IMG/VR virus record: IMGVR_UViG_3300037096_000048
Span: 1 to 57,117 of that record
DNA: 57,117 nt
DNA from: a virus
Taxonomy: Duplodnaviria > Caudoviricetes
Direction: 5' to 3' (one strand)
In this document: positions 54,719 through 57,117 of the stretch, one piece after another
How the letters are laid out: every line of letters starts with the position of its first letter
Numbering within the stretch: the stretch's first letter is position 1
Notes under the pieces: generated by a model
Seen by the model: only the letters and a program-made list of their open reading frames with translations
The model's database searches: none
What the model was told of the DNA's origin: nothing
Translations under genes and position numbers: made by a program

Positions 54719-55022
54719 CGTCCACCATAAAATAGACTGTGAAGTAGACGGAAAGCCCAGACAACTCACAGTAGAAGAATACGGACGCGGCGGCACTAAA
54801 TCGCCTGAGATGTGGGTTATTGTCTGCGATGGAAAACGCTACGTCCCTAGAGCACAAAGACTAGCGCGAATAACAGTTACACTAAACGGCTTATTTAAGA
54901 TTGTCTATGCTCCAGCAGGACTCTTTAAAGACTTGGTCTACAAAACGAATCCTTTCATGGAGATGATTCCCAAAAACGAAACTTGGGGGGGAAAGTACAT
55001 CAGGCTGCCGGATGCTGACTAA
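54708..55022 (+). CDS. Hypothetical protein
   Basis: Overlaps neighbours. Confidence 0.6.
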   Translation: MLISVHHKIDCEVDGKPRQLTVEEYGRGGTKSPEMWVIVCDGKRYVPRAQRLARITVTLNGLFKIVYAPAGLFKDLVYKTNPFMEMIPKNETWGGKYIRLPDAD

Positions 55023-56433
55023 AGCTGGAGCGGCACGGGCCTATAACAAACGTAAGAACTATAAAGCAAAGCCCATAGTCCTGGACCCTAATTTTCCAGA
55101 CCAAAATTCCTTAATCTTAGACCCGGCCCGGTATCTAGCGGTGCAGTGCTCTAGGCGCGCGGGAAAGACTACCGGTCTGGCTATCAAGTTCTTCAACACC
55201 CTAGAGAAGTACCCCGGTTCACAGTGCATCTATCTCTCTCTCACTTATGATTCAGCCCGCGATATCATGTGGCCCGTATTACAGGAACTTAACGATAAAT
55301 ACAAGATTGGATGCACATTTATAGAGTCTAAGTTGTGGATGTTACATCCTAATGGCTCAAAGTTGAAGCTTGTCGGCGCAGACATGAAGAACTTCATCAA
55401 GCGTCTCAAAGGCCGCAAATTCCCCGGTGTAGGTGTGGATGAGAGCCAGGACTTTGGATCACACCTGCAGAGTCTCGTGGATGATATTCTGACTCCATCC
55501 ATTGCTGACTATGAAGATGGCTGGATAGCCCTCACCGGCACCCCAGGCCCAGTGCCGCAGGGCTATTTCTTTGATATTACCAACAATAAGAAGTTTGGCT
55601 ATTCCAACCACAGCTGGACACTCTTCGAAAACCCGCACATGCCCAATCCCAGGGCGTTCGTAGCGGACTTGAAAAAACGCCGCGAGTGGGAAGACAACTA
55701 TCCTACTTTACTCAGGGAATGGCGCAATCAGTGGGTATTAGACGTACAAAGTTTATGGATCAGATACAACGAGAGCATCAATCACTACACAGAGCTGCCT
55801 ACCTTGCCCGCAGGCAAGCTTTGGAACTACATCTTAGGCATTGACATAGGGTACAGGGATGCTGACGCCTTGGCCGTCCTAGCGTGGTCTGAGCACGATC
55901 CTAACACCTACCTGGTGAAAGAAGTCATCACGACCAAGCAGGATATAACTTCCCTTGCTGAGCAAATAGCAGCCCTAGCTATAGAGTACCCTATCTCTAA
56001 GATGATCATGGATGAAGGCGCACTGGGAAAGAAGGCCGCCGAAGAATTACGCCGCCGGAAGCACTTACCAATCCAGCCCGCAGACAAGACTCGCAAACAA
56101 GAAAACGTTGAAATCCTTAATGATTGTCTACGTCGCGGCAGGCTCAAAGCCAAAAGTGCTTCGCGTTTCGCACAAGACTCGTACTTAGTTCAGATAGATT
56201 GGGACAAGTCTACTCCCGAGCGCATAATTATTAAGAAAAATCCACATTCTGATATAATCGACAGCGTACTGTACGCTTTCAAAGAAAGTCCAGCCTTCAC
56301 CTATGTCGCCACAGTAGACAAGCCCAAATATGGTACGAAGGAATGGGCAGAAGCCCAGCAAAGTCAAATGTTTGAAGCGGCACAGACTCACTTTCAGGAA
56401 CTAGCCGACCGCGATAAGGGTTGGCACCCATAA
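55012..56433 (+). CDS. terL: Terminase large subunit
   Basis: SRRAGKT Walker A, VDE Walker B, TGTP, ENPH, GIDIGYRD nuclease, HSDIIDSVLY. Confidence 0.95.
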   Translation: MLTKAGAARAYNKRKNYKAKPIVLDPNFPDQNSLILDPARYLAVQCSRRAGKTTGLAIKFFNTLEKYPGSQCIYLSLTYDSARDIMWPVLQELNDKYKIGCTFIESKLWMLHPNGSKLKLVGADMKNFIKRLKGRKFPGVGVDESQDFGSHLQSLVDDILTPSIADYEDGWIALTGTPGPVPQGYFFDITNNKKFGYSNHSWTLFENPHMPNPRAFVADLKKRREWEDNYPTLLREWRNQWVLDVQSLWIRYNESINHYTELPTLPAGKLWNYILGIDIGYRDADALAVLAWSEHDPNTYLVKEVITTKQDITSLAEQIAALAIEYPISKMIMDEGALGKKAAEELRRRKHLPIQPADKTRKQENVEILNDCLRRGRLKAKSASRFAQDSYLVQIDWDKSTPERIIIKKNPHSDIIDSVLYAFKESPAFTYVATVDKPKYGTKEWAEAQQSQMFEAAQTHFQELADRDKGWHP

Positions 56434-56497
56434 AGTTATCCAATATTACCCATAAACGATAGTAACTTCCATAAACTCGCTATAATTCATCAAATAG

Positions 56498-56519
56498 TAG
56501 ACCAATTACGCATATCTGA
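56498..56519 (+). promoter_or_regulatory. Putative late promoter motif (head operon)
   Basis: TAGACCAATTACGCATATCTGA. Confidence 0.7.
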
Positions 56520-56549
56520 TAGGTTTTTAACCATTTCAGAGGTGTGCCC

Positions 56550-56819
56550 GTGCCACTGCCGTTCCTTAAGCCAAAATCCATAGCCGGTGTGATCCTCTCA
56601 AAGCGTAAGCCGGATGGCGGCCAAGAGACAACTGGCATGGAAGGTGTTGAAGACCCAGGGCTGATGGCCTGCGCCGAAGACCTTATCCGCGCCATGCACG
56701 CCAAAGATGCTCAGCATGTCGCCCTTGCCTTACGCGCCGCATTCGATTTACTTGACGCTCAACCTCATGACGAAGGCGAGCATACTAACGAAACACCAGA
56801 CACTGAGGATACTGAATAA
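56550..56819 (+). CDS. Hypothetical protein (head module)
   Basis: SD GAGG; acidic C-terminus. Confidence 0.7.
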   Translation: MPLPFLKPKSIAGVILSKRKPDGGQETTGMEGVEDPGLMACAEDLIRAMHAKDAQHVALALRAAFDLLDAQPHDEGEHTNETPDTEDTE

Positions 56820-56821
56820 CC

Positions 56822-57117
56822 ATGCCGCTGATCAATTCTAAATCAAAACAAGCCTTTGGAAAGAATGTAGCCACAGAAATGGATGCCGGAAAGCCACAGA
56901 AGCAGAGTCTCGCTATCGCATACAACACGAAGCGACACGCCGGTGCAAAAAAGAAGATGGCCAAGGGCGGAGTTTACGGCTCTCCTACCATGGACACTAA
57001 ATCTGGCATCACAGACTATGCTAAGGGCGGCAGGGCGATGGAAAAGGCCGGATTCAAGCGGGGGACTATCCTAGGTAACGAAGAGTATCGCCGCGACACG
57101 GCGGAAGGCGGAAATCA
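56822..57117 (+). CDS. 5' part of the pre-portal protein (continues into 63-869)
   Basis: MPLINSKSKQAFGKNVATEMDAGKPQKQSLAIAY, open to the window end. Confidence 0.8.
   Translation, partial: MPLINSKSKQAFGKNVATEMDAGKPQKQSLAIAYNTKRHAGAKKKMAKGGVYGSPTMDTKSGITDYAKGGRAMEKAGFKRGTILGNEEYRRDTAEGGN
56976..57117. repeat. Terminal direct repeat, right copy
   Basis: Matches 1-142 with one mismatch. Confidence 0.95.

Noticed and set aside
47330-56433. Inteins or introns in polA, RNR or terL
   Set aside because: All three are uninterrupted, of normal length, and lack splice motifs
56498-56519. Late motif as a sigma54 promoter
   Set aside because: Lacks the invariant GG, and spacing to GC is 9 rather than 10 nt
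56883-57074. 63-aa ORF from the track
   Set aside because: Out-of-frame shadow of the gene starting at 56822

Overview
The window is an apparently complete, circularly assembled ~57-kb tailed dsDNA phage genome. Positions 1-142 repeat at 56976-57117 with one mismatch, giving a unit length of about 56,975 bp. The organisation is podovirus-like. The virion module has terminase, portal, scaffold, major capsid protein, adaptor/nozzle, three internal (ejection) proteins, tail fibres and a GH24 endolysin, with no tape measure or sheath. The replication/recombination module has an SF2 helicase, RecA-like and Mre11/Rad50-like proteins, SSB, primase-helicase, family A polymerase, class II RNR and dUTPase. 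No integrase, repressor, reverse transcriptase or CRISPR array was seen. Most notable: (1) a DUF3494-type ice-binding beta-solenoid inserted into a predicted virion protein, whose best start codon appears to be ATA and which is followed by an initiator-like CAU tRNA; (2) a c4-antisense-like cloverleaf RNA whose two unpaired segments match a bipartite site abutting the scaffold gene's ribosome-binding site ~41 kb away; (3) a five-copy motif, AGACCAANNRCGC-N5-YG, ahead of each late gene block, a candidate late promoter with a candidate sigma-like activator; (4) an IbrB/IbrA (ParB + PAPS-reductase) pair with an extra fused domain; (5) several sigma70-type promoters that start on or near an ATG, plus further unannotated structured RNAs. 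All family assignments are from motif recognition by eye, not from database searches.
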